From an uncultured Gammaproteobacteria bacterium (GTDB lineage: Bacteria > Patescibacteriota > Patescibacteriia > UBA9934): a stretch of DNA of 59,756 nucleotides. How positions within the stretch are numbered: position 1 is the stretch's first letter; every line of letters starts with the position of its first letter. The stretch spans positions 567,060-626,815 of the forward strand of contig CAZKGL010000001.1 in assembly GCA_964552565.1 (NCBI GenBank), written 5' to 3'. Below the pieces are notes generated by a model. It made no database searches. It saw only the letters and a list, made by a program, of their open reading frames with translations, and was not told where the DNA came from. The translations under genes were made by a program, and so were the position numbers. Of the stretch, positions 19,161 to 28,625 are shown piece after piece.

Positions 19161-19185
19161 CAATCCACGCAGGGGTTCCTCACCC

Positions 19186-19506
19186 ATGTTCCTTCACGAT
19201 GCCACCGTCCAGCATCTCATCACCCACCCCGAGGCCATCGAGGCGCGCTGCACCCGCGGCGACGACCCCGAGCACGAGCGCCACATGAAGGCGCTCGCCG
19301 CCCTCGACTTCCTCGCGCACGCGAAGGAAGCCGGCGAGACGGAGATCCTCGACATCGAGGACGCCGAGGAGGAACCCGAGGTCGAGTTCGCGCTCAGCAA
19401 CGCGCTCATCGCGATCATCGAGCAGCCCCTCACGGTCCCGATCTACGTCGCGTCCGACGAGGACCGCGCCCGCATCGCGCGGGAGCTGGCCGACCTGCTC
19501 GGGTGA
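19186..19506 (+). CDS. Orphan acidic protein (106 aa)
   Basis: High-GC3 ORF after the structured region. Confidence 0.7.
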   Translation: MFLHDATVQHLITHPEAIEARCTRGDDPEHERHMKALAALDFLAHAKEAGETEILDIEDAEEEPEVEFALSNALIAIIEQPLTVPIYVASDEDRARIARELADLLG

Positions 19507-19596
19507 TCCGTTGGGGAGGACGCGCCTCCCCGCTACGGCCGGAAGCTCTCCGTGCCGTCAGCCCAGTACCGATGACTCCGTCATCAGTAGCGGGCT

Positions 19597-19627
19597 CACA
19601 AAAACTCCCTCACCGGGAGTTTTTGTG
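19597..19627. terminator. Bidirectional terminator
   Basis: CACAAAAACTCCC-TCACC-GGGAGTTTTTGTG between convergent genes. Confidence 0.75.
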
Positions 19628-20131
19628 TTCGGTGATATCGCGCCCAACGATGATGCGAACGAATCGTTCCGCGCGGTGCAGTCGGATAAGTTTCGTGAGG
19701 ATGGCGCCGACGTCCCGATTCGTTCGCCAGACGCTTTTTTGGATTCGTTCACCATTCATCGCGTGAAGAAATCGTGAAAGCGCACGTCGTGCAACGCGCC
19801 GATCTTCTGGGATATCAAAGATGACGAACACCCAACGACCGACAGGAAGGATTTTCGTGCAACGAGCAGCTTCCCGCACGATCGCATGATGCCGGCCAAG
19901 AAGTGTAATCCCCACTCGGATCAAATCTCCTCGACCGGTGAAGCGGATGAAGCCCTGTTGTTGCAATGACCGTAATGCGCGTCGCCTTCGATGACGCTCT
20001 TTCTCTTCGACCCTTCTCTGCTTTCGACTGACACGACCCATGACGGCGCTAAAATCCGGTCGCTCGAATGCGCCATCGAGAAAGGCAAGAATTTCGTCAA
20101 AGACTTTTTCCGTCGTTGATTTTGCTCTCAT
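19610..20131 (-). CDS. PaaX-like regulator with Cas2-like (VapD-type) C-terminal domain
   Basis: wHTH-like N-terminus; VIFDIPE..IQKSVW motif; no array or cas genes nearby. Confidence 0.75.
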   Translation of the reverse strand: MRAKSTTEKVFDEILAFLDGAFERPDFSAVMGRVSRKQRRVEEKERHRRRRALRSLQQQGFIRFTGRGDLIRVGITLLGRHHAIVREAARCTKILPVGRWVFVIFDIPEDRRVARRALSRFLHAMNGERIQKSVWRTNRDVGAILTKLIRLHRAERFVRIIVGRDITEHKNSR

Positions 20132-20200
20132 ACCAAACGGACACTTATCGTCCGATCGGACAATAAGTGTCCAAAGTGATTATGACGTACGAGATGCTCG

Positions 20201-20974
20201 CTACAGGGCTTTCGGATCTGTCCCGTACTGCTCCGCCGCTTTCCAGGCGAGTTCGAGCGTGGCGCGGCATGCAGAGGCGATGGAGGGCGACGTGATTTCG
20301 ATGGCGATAAACCCGTTTGCGTACGAAAACAGGAGGACGCGGTCGCCGCAGACCGCCATCTCGCCGTGGACCGCGAAGAAGCTGGTCGGGACGACGCGCA
20401 CCGCGAGCCCTGGGATCTCCGGCGGCGTGATGTCCTTGTCGGTCACGAGGATAGAGCGCAGCGGCGTCGTGCGGTCCTTCAGCACACCGTGGTGGTCGCG
20501 CGTCAGCCGCCGGTCGCTGATCGCGCAAAACGTGTCGTAGCCGACGAGCTGGATGGTGTCCTCGTCCCACGCCTCGAACTCGCGCTGCATGTTCCGCAAC
20601 CCGTCGATGCCTTCAATATAGCGGATGCGCGGTTTCCCCGTTTTCGTCGTATGCGCCGCAGCGAGCTGCGGCAAAATGCGCTCGGCATGCAGTTCGCGCA
20701 GCTCGACTTCGCGGCGCTGAAGCCGGAGCACGTTTAAGAGGCGCTCCGGCGGCTCAGCGGTGAACCGCCGCTCCCCGTCCTCGATGTATGCGGTCACGAG
20801 CCCCATCTGCCCGAGTGCGTCGAGCGTGTCGTGCGTCGTCGGCCGCGACATTTGCGTTGTTTCGGCGATCGCGGGCGCGGTTGCGACGCCAAGCCGGAGC
20901 ATGGCGACGTACACGGCAGATTCGCGTTCGGTAAATCCGAGGTGCACCAAGTCCCGCGTCAGGTCGTCGTACAT
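20201..20974 (-). CDS. TrmB-family transcriptional regulator
   Basis: LGFTERESAVY HTH; YIEGIDG; C-terminal effector domain. Confidence 0.88.
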   Translation of the reverse strand: MYDDLTRDLVHLGFTERESAVYVAMLRLGVATAPAIAETTQMSRPTTHDTLDALGQMGLVTAYIEDGERRFTAEPPERLLNVLRLQRREVELRELHAERILPQLAAAHTTKTGKPRIRYIEGIDGLRNMQREFEAWDEDTIQLVGYDTFCAISDRRLTRDHHGVLKDRTTPLRSILVTDKDITPPEIPGLAVRVVPTSFFAVHGEMAVCGDRVLLFSYANGFIAIEITSPSIASACRATLELAWKAAEQYGTDPKAL

Positions 20975-20976
20975 AC

Positions 20977-22095
20977 TTACACGCTCCGCAGTGCCTGCCA
21001 CGTTTTGGCCGCGGTGTCGCCCCACGAAAATGCCCTCAGACGTTCGTCGCCCTTTGCCGCAAGCGATGCGCGGAGGTCGGCTTCAAAAAGACAGCGCTGC
21101 ATCGCGCGCACCCAACCCGGGACATCGGTCGGCTCCACGAACAGCGACGCGTCTTCCGCGACTTCGCGCGACGACGGGATGTCGCTCGCAATGACCGGCA
21201 CGTGCGCCGCAAACCCCTCGAGGATCGGCAAACCGAACCCTTCGTACAGCGATGGCAAACACAGGGCGAGCGCCCCGCGCGTCAACGCCGCCGCGTCCGC
21301 GTCCGGCACGTACCCGAGTGTCCGGACGTCATTCGCCGCGCCGACCGCGCGCATGATGCGCTCCTTGCCGAAGCCGAACGTGCCGGCGAGGATGAGCTCG
21401 ACCGGATGGCCGATGCCGAGCTGGCGCTTCAACTCCGCAAATGCGCGGACGAGCGAGACGATGTTTTTCTTCTCCTCCAGCCGTCCGACGTAAAAGAAAT
21501 ATCTCTGCGGCGCAAGGCGGTACTTCTGCAGCACGTCGCGCATCGCGCCCTCGGTCATTGCAAACGGCGCCGTATCGACCGCGAGCGGCGTCACCGCAAT
21601 GCGGTCTGCCGGGACGCCGTACAGTTCGACGAGGTCGTGCTTCGTGGTTTCGGAAATGGCGATGATGCGCCGTGCAACCTTCGCCGCACGCCGTACCGCC
21701 CACTCCTGCCTGCGGCGTGCACTCGGCGGGTACGCCGTGGGAACGCGGCGGAACGCGACGTCGTGCACGGTCGTCACGACCTTCGTTTTCTTGCCGACAT
21801 AGCGCGGCACCTCATGGCCGGGAACGAACAGGACATCCGGGGGATTACGCAGCAGCTCCCAACTGAGCCGGATGTGCGTCCATCCTTTCGGGAGCGCAAA
21901 TGGCAACACGCGCCACGCAAAGCCTGGCGGCAGCGGATGGGGGATGGTGGACGGGACTTCTGATGCGTATAACAACACCCGGTCGCCCGCCGCGAGCGGC
22001 ACCTTCATCATTTCCATGACGAGGGTGCGGACGTAGCGCTCGACGCCGGTCGCCCCGCCGCGCGTCAACGCGTTGCAATCGATGCCGATGATCAT
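20977..22095 (-). CDS. GT4 glycosyltransferase
   Basis: TVHDV, YVGRLEEKKN, SLYEGFGLPILE. Confidence 0.95.
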   Translation of the reverse strand: MIIGIDCNALTRGGATGVERYVRTLVMEMMKVPLAAGDRVLLYASEVPSTIPHPLPPGFAWRVLPFALPKGWTHIRLSWELLRNPPDVLFVPGHEVPRYVGKKTKVVTTVHDVAFRRVPTAYPPSARRRQEWAVRRAAKVARRIIAISETTKHDLVELYGVPADRIAVTPLAVDTAPFAMTEGAMRDVLQKYRLAPQRYFFYVGRLEEKKNIVSLVRAFAELKRQLGIGHPVELILAGTFGFGKERIMRAVGAANDVRTLGYVPDADAAALTRGALALCLPSLYEGFGLPILEGFAAHVPVIASDIPSSREVAEDASLFVEPTDVPGWVRAMQRCLFEADLRASLAAKGDERLRAFSWGDTAAKTWQALRSV

Positions 22096-22098
22096 ACG

Positions 22099-23103
22099 CT
22101 ATGAAGTAAACACGCTGCGCTTGTAGGCTTCAAGGTTTTCGAGCGCGAGCCCGGTGCCGCGGGCGACGCACAGCTGCGGGTCTTCGGCCGCGTACGTCGG
22201 CACGCCGGTCGACTCGGCAATGAGCCGGTCGAGGTTGCGCAATTGGCTCGAGCCGCCGGAAATGACAATGCCCTTGTCCATGACGTCCGCAGCAAGTTCC
22301 GGTGGTGTTTCGTACAGCACGTCCTTCAGCGTCGTCAGGATGCCCTCGAGGAGCGGCTGGATCGCTTCGGTCACGTCATCGCTCGACACTTCGACGATCT
22401 TCGGAAGGCCGGTAATCATGTCACGCCCCTTCACTTCCATACGGAGCTTTTCCGAAAGGTACATCGCCGAGCCGCAACGAATCTTGATCTCCTCGGCCGT
22501 GCGCTCGCCGATGGCAAGCCCGTACGTGCGGCGGATGTGCTCCATGATGGCGTGGTCGAATTTGACGCCGCCGATGCGCACCGATGTCGAGGCGACGATA
22601 CCGCCGAGCGAAATGACCGCCATCTCGCTCGTACCGCCGCCGATCTCGACGATCATGTGGCCGTTCGGGGAGCCGATCGGGATGTTCGCGCCAATCGCGG
22701 CGACGATCGGCTGTTTGATGATGTATGCCGCCTTCGCGCCGGCTGCGATGGTCGCGTCGATGACCGCGCGGCGCTCCGTCGACGTGATGCCGCCCGGCAC
22801 GGCGACCATGACCTCGGGGCGGAAGATGCGCATGCCGCCGAGCGCCTTGTTAATGAAGTAGCGCAGCATCGCCTCGGTGGTGCGGTAGTCGGCGATGACA
22901 CCGTCCTTGAGCGGGCGGCGGGCGACGATGGTGTCCGGCGTGCGGCCGAGCATGTCTTTCGCCTCTTTGCCGACCGCGAGGATCGACTTATCAATCTTCG
23001 ACACCGCAACGACCGACGGCTCGTTAATGACAATGCCGCGCTTTGGCACATACACCAGCACGGTCGTGGTCCCGAGGTCGATCCCGATCTTTTTCTGCAG
23101 CAT
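22099..23103 (-). CDS. mreB: MreB/Mbl rod-shape actin homolog
   Basis: IGIDLGT, NEPSVVA, EIGGGT, GERTAEEIK. Confidence 0.96.
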   Translation of the reverse strand: MLQKKIGIDLGTTTVLVYVPKRGIVINEPSVVAVSKIDKSILAVGKEAKDMLGRTPDTIVARRPLKDGVIADYRTTEAMLRYFINKALGGMRIFRPEVMVAVPGGITSTERRAVIDATIAAGAKAAYIIKQPIVAAIGANIPIGSPNGHMIVEIGGGTSEMAVISLGGIVASTSVRIGGVKFDHAIMEHIRRTYGLAIGERTAEEIKIRCGSAMYLSEKLRMEVKGRDMITGLPKIVEVSSDDVTEAIQPLLEGILTTLKDVLYETPPELAADVMDKGIVISGGSSQLRNLDRLIAESTGVPTYAAEDPQLCVARGTGLALENLEAYKRSVFTS

Positions 23104-23108
23104 AGTCC

Positions 23109-23125
23109 GGGTGACTTAGTCACCC
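23109..23125. repeat. GACTTAGTC-core palindrome 6 nt upstream of mreB
   Basis: GGGTGACT-T-AGTCACCC, 8-bp arms; core is the reverse complement of the RAYT-flanking motif. Confidence 0.6.
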
Positions 23126-23179
23126 TAGTCTAAACGACCCGGCCTGGGATGACAACGGACCGTTTTTCTTGTAGCGACA

Positions 23180-23247
23180 GCCCATCCTGAACGAAGTGAA
23201 GGATCCCTCGGGAGAGATCCTTCACTGTACCGCTCCTCGGGATGGTT
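23180..23247. repeat. Palindromic intergenic element, family CCATCCYGA...CCTCGGGATGGTT (copy 1)
   Basis: Outer stem plus inner 11-bp stem AGTGAAGGATC/GATCCTTCACT. Confidence 0.65.
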
Positions 23248-23249
23248 TC

Positions 23250-25235
23250 TTACTTCACCCGAAGCATGACGCTCTTGTCCGTATCGAGCACGGTTTCGTA
23301 GTGGTACGAGTTGTCGCCCCAGTCGCTTTCATCTTCGCCCGGTACGGCGTAGGTCACTTCGTTCGTCATGTCGCCAAAGGTAAGGTTGAGCACAAGGTCA
23401 TGGTCGGCTGCGCCGAGTTGTTTCAGAATATTGAGTTCGTAGACACCGGCGTCGATCGCGTCCTCTACCTGCTGCGGCAGCCGGTAGGTAACACTGAGCG
23501 TGCGCGTCTCGCCGGGTTCGATGGACGTGAACGCGCCGAACGACGTCATGCCAAGCTCGTCGACCGTCGTCACTTCCCCTTCTTTGCCAGACGGGTTCAA
23601 TAGCGTGTCGTTATCGAGCGTGCCCGAGGAAGACACGAGCTCGCTGCCAAGCGGAGCATACACTCGCGTGTAGGTCCGATAGCGCGTCGTCTTCCAGGTG
23701 AACGATGCGTTGTTCGTGTACGTAATAGCGACGGTCGCCTCGTAGCCTTCACCCGACGGAGTCACCGTGTAGGCGATTTCCCGGTCGACTTCCGGGTCGG
23801 TTTTCAGCGCGCCGAGGTTGGCATCGACGACCATCAGCACGTCATCCGACCCTCCCGCCGCAACCTCCCCGCTCCAGCCGGCGTCGTGGTAGATCGCCTG
23901 CGTCTCCTCGTCCGCGCTCCAGAGCGCAAGCTCCTTTTCGCTGAACCCTTCGGTGAGGATGCCGAAGAGCTCGGGCCATTCGCTTGCGGGGAGCGCGAGC
24001 AGACGGTCGACGACGATGTCGGTCATCCGCGCGACGACCTCCTTGCGCTGGTGCGGCGGCAACCCCTGCTCCGCATACCCGATCTCGACCTGGTATTCCA
24101 GCTTGTCCGCGATGTTGTCCGACGTGAACGTCTGGTCGTCGACGGTGACCGGTCCGGTCATGGCAAGGAGTCGCGCAATGAACGTCGGCGTAAACATGAG
24201 GGCTCCGTGCACCTCCGGGACCGGCTGCCCGGCGTACGCCACCTCTTGGCGCAGGAGCTGCACCGAGTCCTTTGCCGACGCCGGGAAGTCCGGCGACCAG
24301 TTGCTGTCGCGGAAGTACCACTTCGGCACGCCAAGGTAGCGCGCAAGGGGCGTCGGCGGGGTCACCTGGTAGCCGTCGTCTGCAACCAGCTGGTCGAGGC
24401 GGTACACGTCCTCTGCGGCAAGGTTCACGATTTCCCCGTCGCGAGTAATGGCAAGCGCAAACACGCCGAGAAACCCTCCGCCCGGCCGCAGTTCCGTGTC
24501 GTTCGCGAACAGGAGCAGGAACTGCCGGTCTTCACCGAGGCCGGCGAGCTCGGGGACGGCCGCGGCAAATGGCGTGAGGAGGTTGACGGCGTCCGCAAGC
24601 GGGTCGATGAGTTCGGCAAAGGGGGCGACCGCGTCGGTGAGCATCGGCGACACGTCAAGCGCCGCAAGGCGTGCGAGGTCGTCTTTGGCGAGGGAAAGCT
24701 TCAGCTGCATCGTGAGGAGGTCGGGGTACGCGTCGTGGAGCGATTCGAGCAGCGCGACCCGCGCCGAGGTCGCCAGGTCGGCATACGGGACGCTCTCTCG
24801 TTCAGTGATGTCGACGAGCGCCTGCGCCTCCTTGGTGACGGTCGAAATGTCCGCAACGATGCGCACGGCCTCGTGGAGCGCGGCGAGGGTTTCCGCCGCG
24901 GCGTCAAGCGTCAGCGCGAGGCCCTTCAGCTGCGTGCCGACCCACGGCACCGGACGCAAAAACACGACAAGGCGGACGCCGGATTGCGCGCGGGAGACGC
25001 CGGCCTCGGCATCGGTCAGTGCCGTATCTGCAGTAAGAAAGTCCCCTGCTCTGAGGGCGTCTTCGGCGTCGGCAGCGGCCGCCTTGGTCGTCGCGAGCCC
25101 GCCGGCGATGCGCCCTGCGCCGACGACGAGGAGCGCGCCGAGCACGACGACTCCCGCCAACACGACGCACGCAACAATCATGACGCCGCGTCGGCGCTTA
25201 CGCGGCGGGTGTCTCAGTGGTCCCTCCCCATTCAT
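23250..25235 (-). CDS. DUF4012-domain membrane protein
   Basis: LLLFANDTELRPGGGF, FRDSNWSPDFP. Confidence 0.88.
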   Translation of the reverse strand: MNGEGPLRHPPRKRRRGVMIVACVVLAGVVVLGALLVVGAGRIAGGLATTKAAAADAEDALRAGDFLTADTALTDAEAGVSRAQSGVRLVVFLRPVPWVGTQLKGLALTLDAAAETLAALHEAVRIVADISTVTKEAQALVDITERESVPYADLATSARVALLESLHDAYPDLLTMQLKLSLAKDDLARLAALDVSPMLTDAVAPFAELIDPLADAVNLLTPFAAAVPELAGLGEDRQFLLLFANDTELRPGGGFLGVFALAITRDGEIVNLAAEDVYRLDQLVADDGYQVTPPTPLARYLGVPKWYFRDSNWSPDFPASAKDSVQLLRQEVAYAGQPVPEVHGALMFTPTFIARLLAMTGPVTVDDQTFTSDNIADKLEYQVEIGYAEQGLPPHQRKEVVARMTDIVVDRLLALPASEWPELFGILTEGFSEKELALWSADEETQAIYHDAGWSGEVAAGGSDDVLMVVDANLGALKTDPEVDREIAYTVTPSGEGYEATVAITYTNNASFTWKTTRYRTYTRVYAPLGSELVSSSGTLDNDTLLNPSGKEGEVTTVDELGMTSFGAFTSIEPGETRTLSVTYRLPQQVEDAIDAGVYELNILKQLGAADHDLVLNLTFGDMTNEVTYAVPGEDESDWGDNSYHYETVLDTDKSVMLRVK

Positions 25236-26052
25236 GGGGAGGACGGGAGGGGGTACGGGGGTTGGGCTTTCCGTAGTATTTTCGGAAATAGTAGATGGCG
25301 CTCCGGATGTGGTGGCGCGTCATGCGCGAACACAGCTGCTGCACGAGCGACCCGTCACTCGATGCGCGTCGGTGATAGTGTACCATGGAGACGTTGGGGT
25401 TGTAGACGACGCGGAAGCCCGATTCCCAAAACCGGCGGCACAGGTCCGTGTCTTCGAAGTACATGAAGATGGCGTCGTCGAATACCCCGACCTTTTCAAG
25501 CGCGCTTTTGCGGGTGAACATCGCTGAACCCATGACCCAGTCGACATCGCGCGCGGCGGCGTGGTCGTAATCTTTCATCAGGAACCGGTCGATGGCGGCC
25601 GCGCCCGCAGCGAGCTTTCCGAGCGGCGTGCGGCGGTAGACGGGGATCATCGGCTCGTGGAAACGGTAGCAGGAGTACTGAAGGCTGCCGTCCGGATTAT
25701 TGAGACGCGGACCGACGATGCCGACCTCCGGGTTCGCCTCCATGTAGGCATACAGCTCTTCGAGACAGCCCGGCGCAACAACGATATCGGGGTTGAACAC
25801 CAAAATGTATCGACCTTTGGCGATGGCGATGCCGGCATTCATTGCCGCCCCAAACCCCCGATTCGCGCTCATGGCGATATACCGGGTCTCCGGGAACTCA
25901 CGCCGCAGAACGTCCACCATGCCGGCCTCTGGATTGTTGTCGATGACGATCACCTCAACATGGAGCCTCGGCGCAGCGCGTCGGAGGCTCCGGAGCGTTT
26001 GGCGGACCAAGCGCTTTTCAAAGGTGTGCACGATGAGAATACTGAGATCCAT
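25198..26052 (-). CDS. GT2 glycosyltransferase
   Basis: NRGFGAAMN, FNPD, FMYFEDTDLC. Confidence 0.92.
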   Translation of the reverse strand: MDLSILIVHTFEKRLVRQTLRSLRRAAPRLHVEVIVIDNNPEAGMVDVLRREFPETRYIAMSANRGFGAAMNAGIAIAKGRYILVFNPDIVVAPGCLEELYAYMEANPEVGIVGPRLNNPDGSLQYSCYRFHEPMIPVYRRTPLGKLAAGAAAIDRFLMKDYDHAAARDVDWVMGSAMFTRKSALEKVGVFDDAIFMYFEDTDLCRRFWESGFRVVYNPNVSMVHYHRRASSDGSLVQQLCSRMTRHHIRSAIYYFRKYYGKPNPRTPSRPPHEWGGTTETPAA

Positions 26053-26083
26053 ACGTCCCATGCGTCCGATTGGCCAACGGGTC

Positions 26084-27133
26084 CTACTTGCCGACGTACC
26101 CGCGCAGCACGTTGCCCGGTTCGATGCGCATCGCCTGGGTCGCGGCGCGTTTCCGCAGCATTGCGGGAACCATGAACGGGGCGCGGATGAGCACCTTGCG
26201 CGTTTCCGGCTCAAAAAGCAAGCCATAAAGCACTCGCCCGGTTTCGTGGAACGCCATCCACGGCGCGGCAAGGAGCGCATCGACGAATGTAAGGTTTTTG
26301 AGGAGCACGAACAACTGGTTGCGCGTCCCGAGTGCGGCAAAGAACGGCCGTTGCCGCGTGCGGTTCGTCAGGCGTTGCCAGAGCGTCTGGCGCTCCGCCC
26401 CATACATGCCCCGGTAGTGCCACAGCTTTGCCTGCGGCACGAACGCGGTGCGATACCCGGCCGCCCGTGCGCGCCAGGCAAGGTCGCAGTCCTCGCGATA
26501 GGCAAAAAAGTCGCCATCGAACAACTCGCCGTCGATAAGGAGGTCGCGGACGGCGCGAGCGCGGAACATCGCACAGGCCCCGCTCGGGCCGAAGACATCG
26601 CGCATGGCGTCGAACTGGCCGGTGTCGATGTCGCCCGCACCGCGCTCCACCATGCGCCAGCCGCGAGTGACGCGAAGGCCGGTGGAGTCGAGGATATCCG
26701 AGCGGACGGTTTCTTCCAGCGACTCATCGCCGACGTGCTCGCCAAACGCGCGGTAAATTTTCGGCTGGACGATGGAGACGCTCGGGTCGGTGTCGAGCGC
26801 GGCGACCAACGTCCCAACCATCTTCGGGTCAAGGATCATGTCCGCGTTCATGACAAGGATCGCCCAGTCGTCGAGCTCGGACTCCGGAAGATGCTCCAAG
26901 GTAAACCGCACGAGCTGGTTATGGCCAGGCGCAAATCCGAGGTTGCGGACGTTGCGGCCGACGAGCGCATGCGGGACATGCTGCTGCAGGTAGTTAACCG
27001 TTTCCCCATCCGTACTGCCGTTATCAAGGATGCGCACGACGGTGTCCTTGTACTCTTGCGCATCGAGCGACGCCAACAATTCCGGCAAATACCGGCGGTC
27101 GTTCCAGGCCAAGATGTGGATGGCGACGCGCAT
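26084..27133 (-). CDS. GT2 glycosyltransferase
   Basis: DNGSTD, NLGFAPGHN, FAYREDCDL. Confidence 0.93.
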   Translation of the reverse strand: MRVAIHILAWNDRRYLPELLASLDAQEYKDTVVRILDNGSTDGETVNYLQQHVPHALVGRNVRNLGFAPGHNQLVRFTLEHLPESELDDWAILVMNADMILDPKMVGTLVAALDTDPSVSIVQPKIYRAFGEHVGDESLEETVRSDILDSTGLRVTRGWRMVERGAGDIDTGQFDAMRDVFGPSGACAMFRARAVRDLLIDGELFDGDFFAYREDCDLAWRARAAGYRTAFVPQAKLWHYRGMYGAERQTLWQRLTNRTRQRPFFAALGTRNQLFVLLKNLTFVDALLAAPWMAFHETGRVLYGLLFEPETRKVLIRAPFMVPAMLRKRAATQAMRIEPGNVLRGYVGK

Positions 27134-27137
27134 GGAG

Positions 27138-28622
27138 CTAGTTTCGATGTTTCTTCGTGACGTTAAATCCGAGATACTTGCCGAACATGAACCGCGTCTG
27201 GGCGTCGAGCGCCGGGAATGCGCTGAAGACGATGGTCGTAAACGGCAACAAGACCCACTGCCCCACCATGACGAGCCAGTTCCACCGCGGCAAGTGCGCG
27301 GGCCGTGGCGGGAGGACGGAAAGGCTCATGAGGCCGGTCACCACCACGCCGAAGGTCGCGACGCGCATGATCCACTCGAGTGTAAACGGCGTATTGGCAA
27401 TCAGCGCGTTGTTCACGTTGCCGATGGCCCAAAACGGCAGGTAGCCGAGGATGAAGATGAGGATCGGCGCGGTCGCCCAGGTGTACATGCCCTCAAGATG
27501 GTTGAACAGGTACTTCAGCTTGATACGGCGCGGCAGGTTGGGATGTTCGCGGAACTTTTCCATCATGTACGGAAGGTGCTCGATACCCCATGCCCAGCGC
27601 CGCTGCTGCTTATAGAGCGCAGTGAGCGTTTCCAGGTACGTCCGGCCGGTCACGGTGTCCATGGAGACCGGCAAAAAGAGCGGCGTGACGCGATAGTCGC
27701 CGTCATAGCGGATAAGGCCCTGGAGGAAGATGCGCGAGTCCTCGGAAACCATGTCCGGCTCCCAAAATCCGACGTCGACCAGCATGCGCCACGGCATGGA
27801 GTGCGACGAGAACGTCCACAGGCGTTCCGGACGCACGAGTTCGGAGAGCAACCAAAAGGTCGTACCGAACATGGCGATGCGCACCGGCGCGGTTGCGGTC
27901 CAAATGTTGTTGGAGAAGAGCGTGACCGGCTGGTAGGACGAGCGCGTCGGGTTGGGTACGGTGCAATAGACGTACGCGAGGCGGGCGAAATATTGCTCGT
28001 GGGCGACGGTATCGATATCGAATGCCGATACGACAATGTCATCGTACGGAATGCCCTTCTCGTCGATGTACTTCCGCACCTCCTCCGCCATGTGGTGGAG
28101 GTTCGACCCCTTGCCGGGGATCTCGCCCGTGAGCCCCTTCGGGTGCACGGTGAACATGAGCGTTCCGAACGTTGAACCAAATTCGTGTTCAAGCTCGTTT
28201 TTGTAGTGCAAAAAGTTTTCTCCGTCCGCCTCTTCGCCACCGACAACGACAATGAACCGATCCTTGCGGTAGGGATTTTGGGCGACCGCCCGGAGCGCCT
28301 CGCGCAGAATGCCGAGGTCCTCCTTATAGGTTGGCAAAAGGACGAGGTGGTAGACCCGTTCCCAGTTCGGAATCGTCTGCAGCTGATCGTACCAGTCGAC
28401 CGTGAGCGTCTTGGCGTACGTGCGATATGCGACGACGAGGTGGATGATGAAATAGATGACCCGGAACATCCAGTACAGGTCGAAGATGATAATGAAGACG
28501 ACCGCGACGGTCGGCGCGAAAAACGACGCGACGATGGCGAGCAGCAGCGTCCCCCACGCGAGGGCGCCGGGGAGGATCTCGAGGAGCCGATGACGGCCGT
28601 ACTGTCCGAACGATGCTGCCAT
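27138..28622 (-). CDS. Integral-membrane GT2-type glycosyltransferase
   Basis: TM segments flanking LPTYKE, DID, SEDSRIF and QQRRW motifs. Confidence 0.85.
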   Translation of the reverse strand: MAASFGQYGRHRLLEILPGALAWGTLLLAIVASFFAPTVAVVFIIIFDLYWMFRVIYFIIHLVVAYRTYAKTLTVDWYDQLQTIPNWERVYHLVLLPTYKEDLGILREALRAVAQNPYRKDRFIVVVGGEEADGENFLHYKNELEHEFGSTFGTLMFTVHPKGLTGEIPGKGSNLHHMAEEVRKYIDEKGIPYDDIVVSAFDIDTVAHEQYFARLAYVYCTVPNPTRSSYQPVTLFSNNIWTATAPVRIAMFGTTFWLLSELVRPERLWTFSSHSMPWRMLVDVGFWEPDMVSEDSRIFLQGLIRYDGDYRVTPLFLPVSMDTVTGRTYLETLTALYKQQRRWAWGIEHLPYMMEKFREHPNLPRRIKLKYLFNHLEGMYTWATAPILIFILGYLPFWAIGNVNNALIANTPFTLEWIMRVATFGVVVTGLMSLSVLPPRPAHLPRWNWLVMVGQWVLLPFTTIVFSAFPALDAQTRFMFGKYLGFNVTKKHRN

Positions 28623-28625
28623 ATG

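Noticed and set aside
18750-19185. RNase P RNA, tmRNA or a group I/II intron
   Set aside because: GGAAAAGTC and CCGGCTTAC only loosely resemble RNase P motifs and are too close together; no tmRNA ends or group II domain V found
19610-20131. Cas2 or a CRISPR-Cas locus
   Set aside because: The FDIPE/QKSVW domain is fused to a wHTH as in PaaX-like proteins; no cas1, effector or repeat-spacer array seen anywhere in the window
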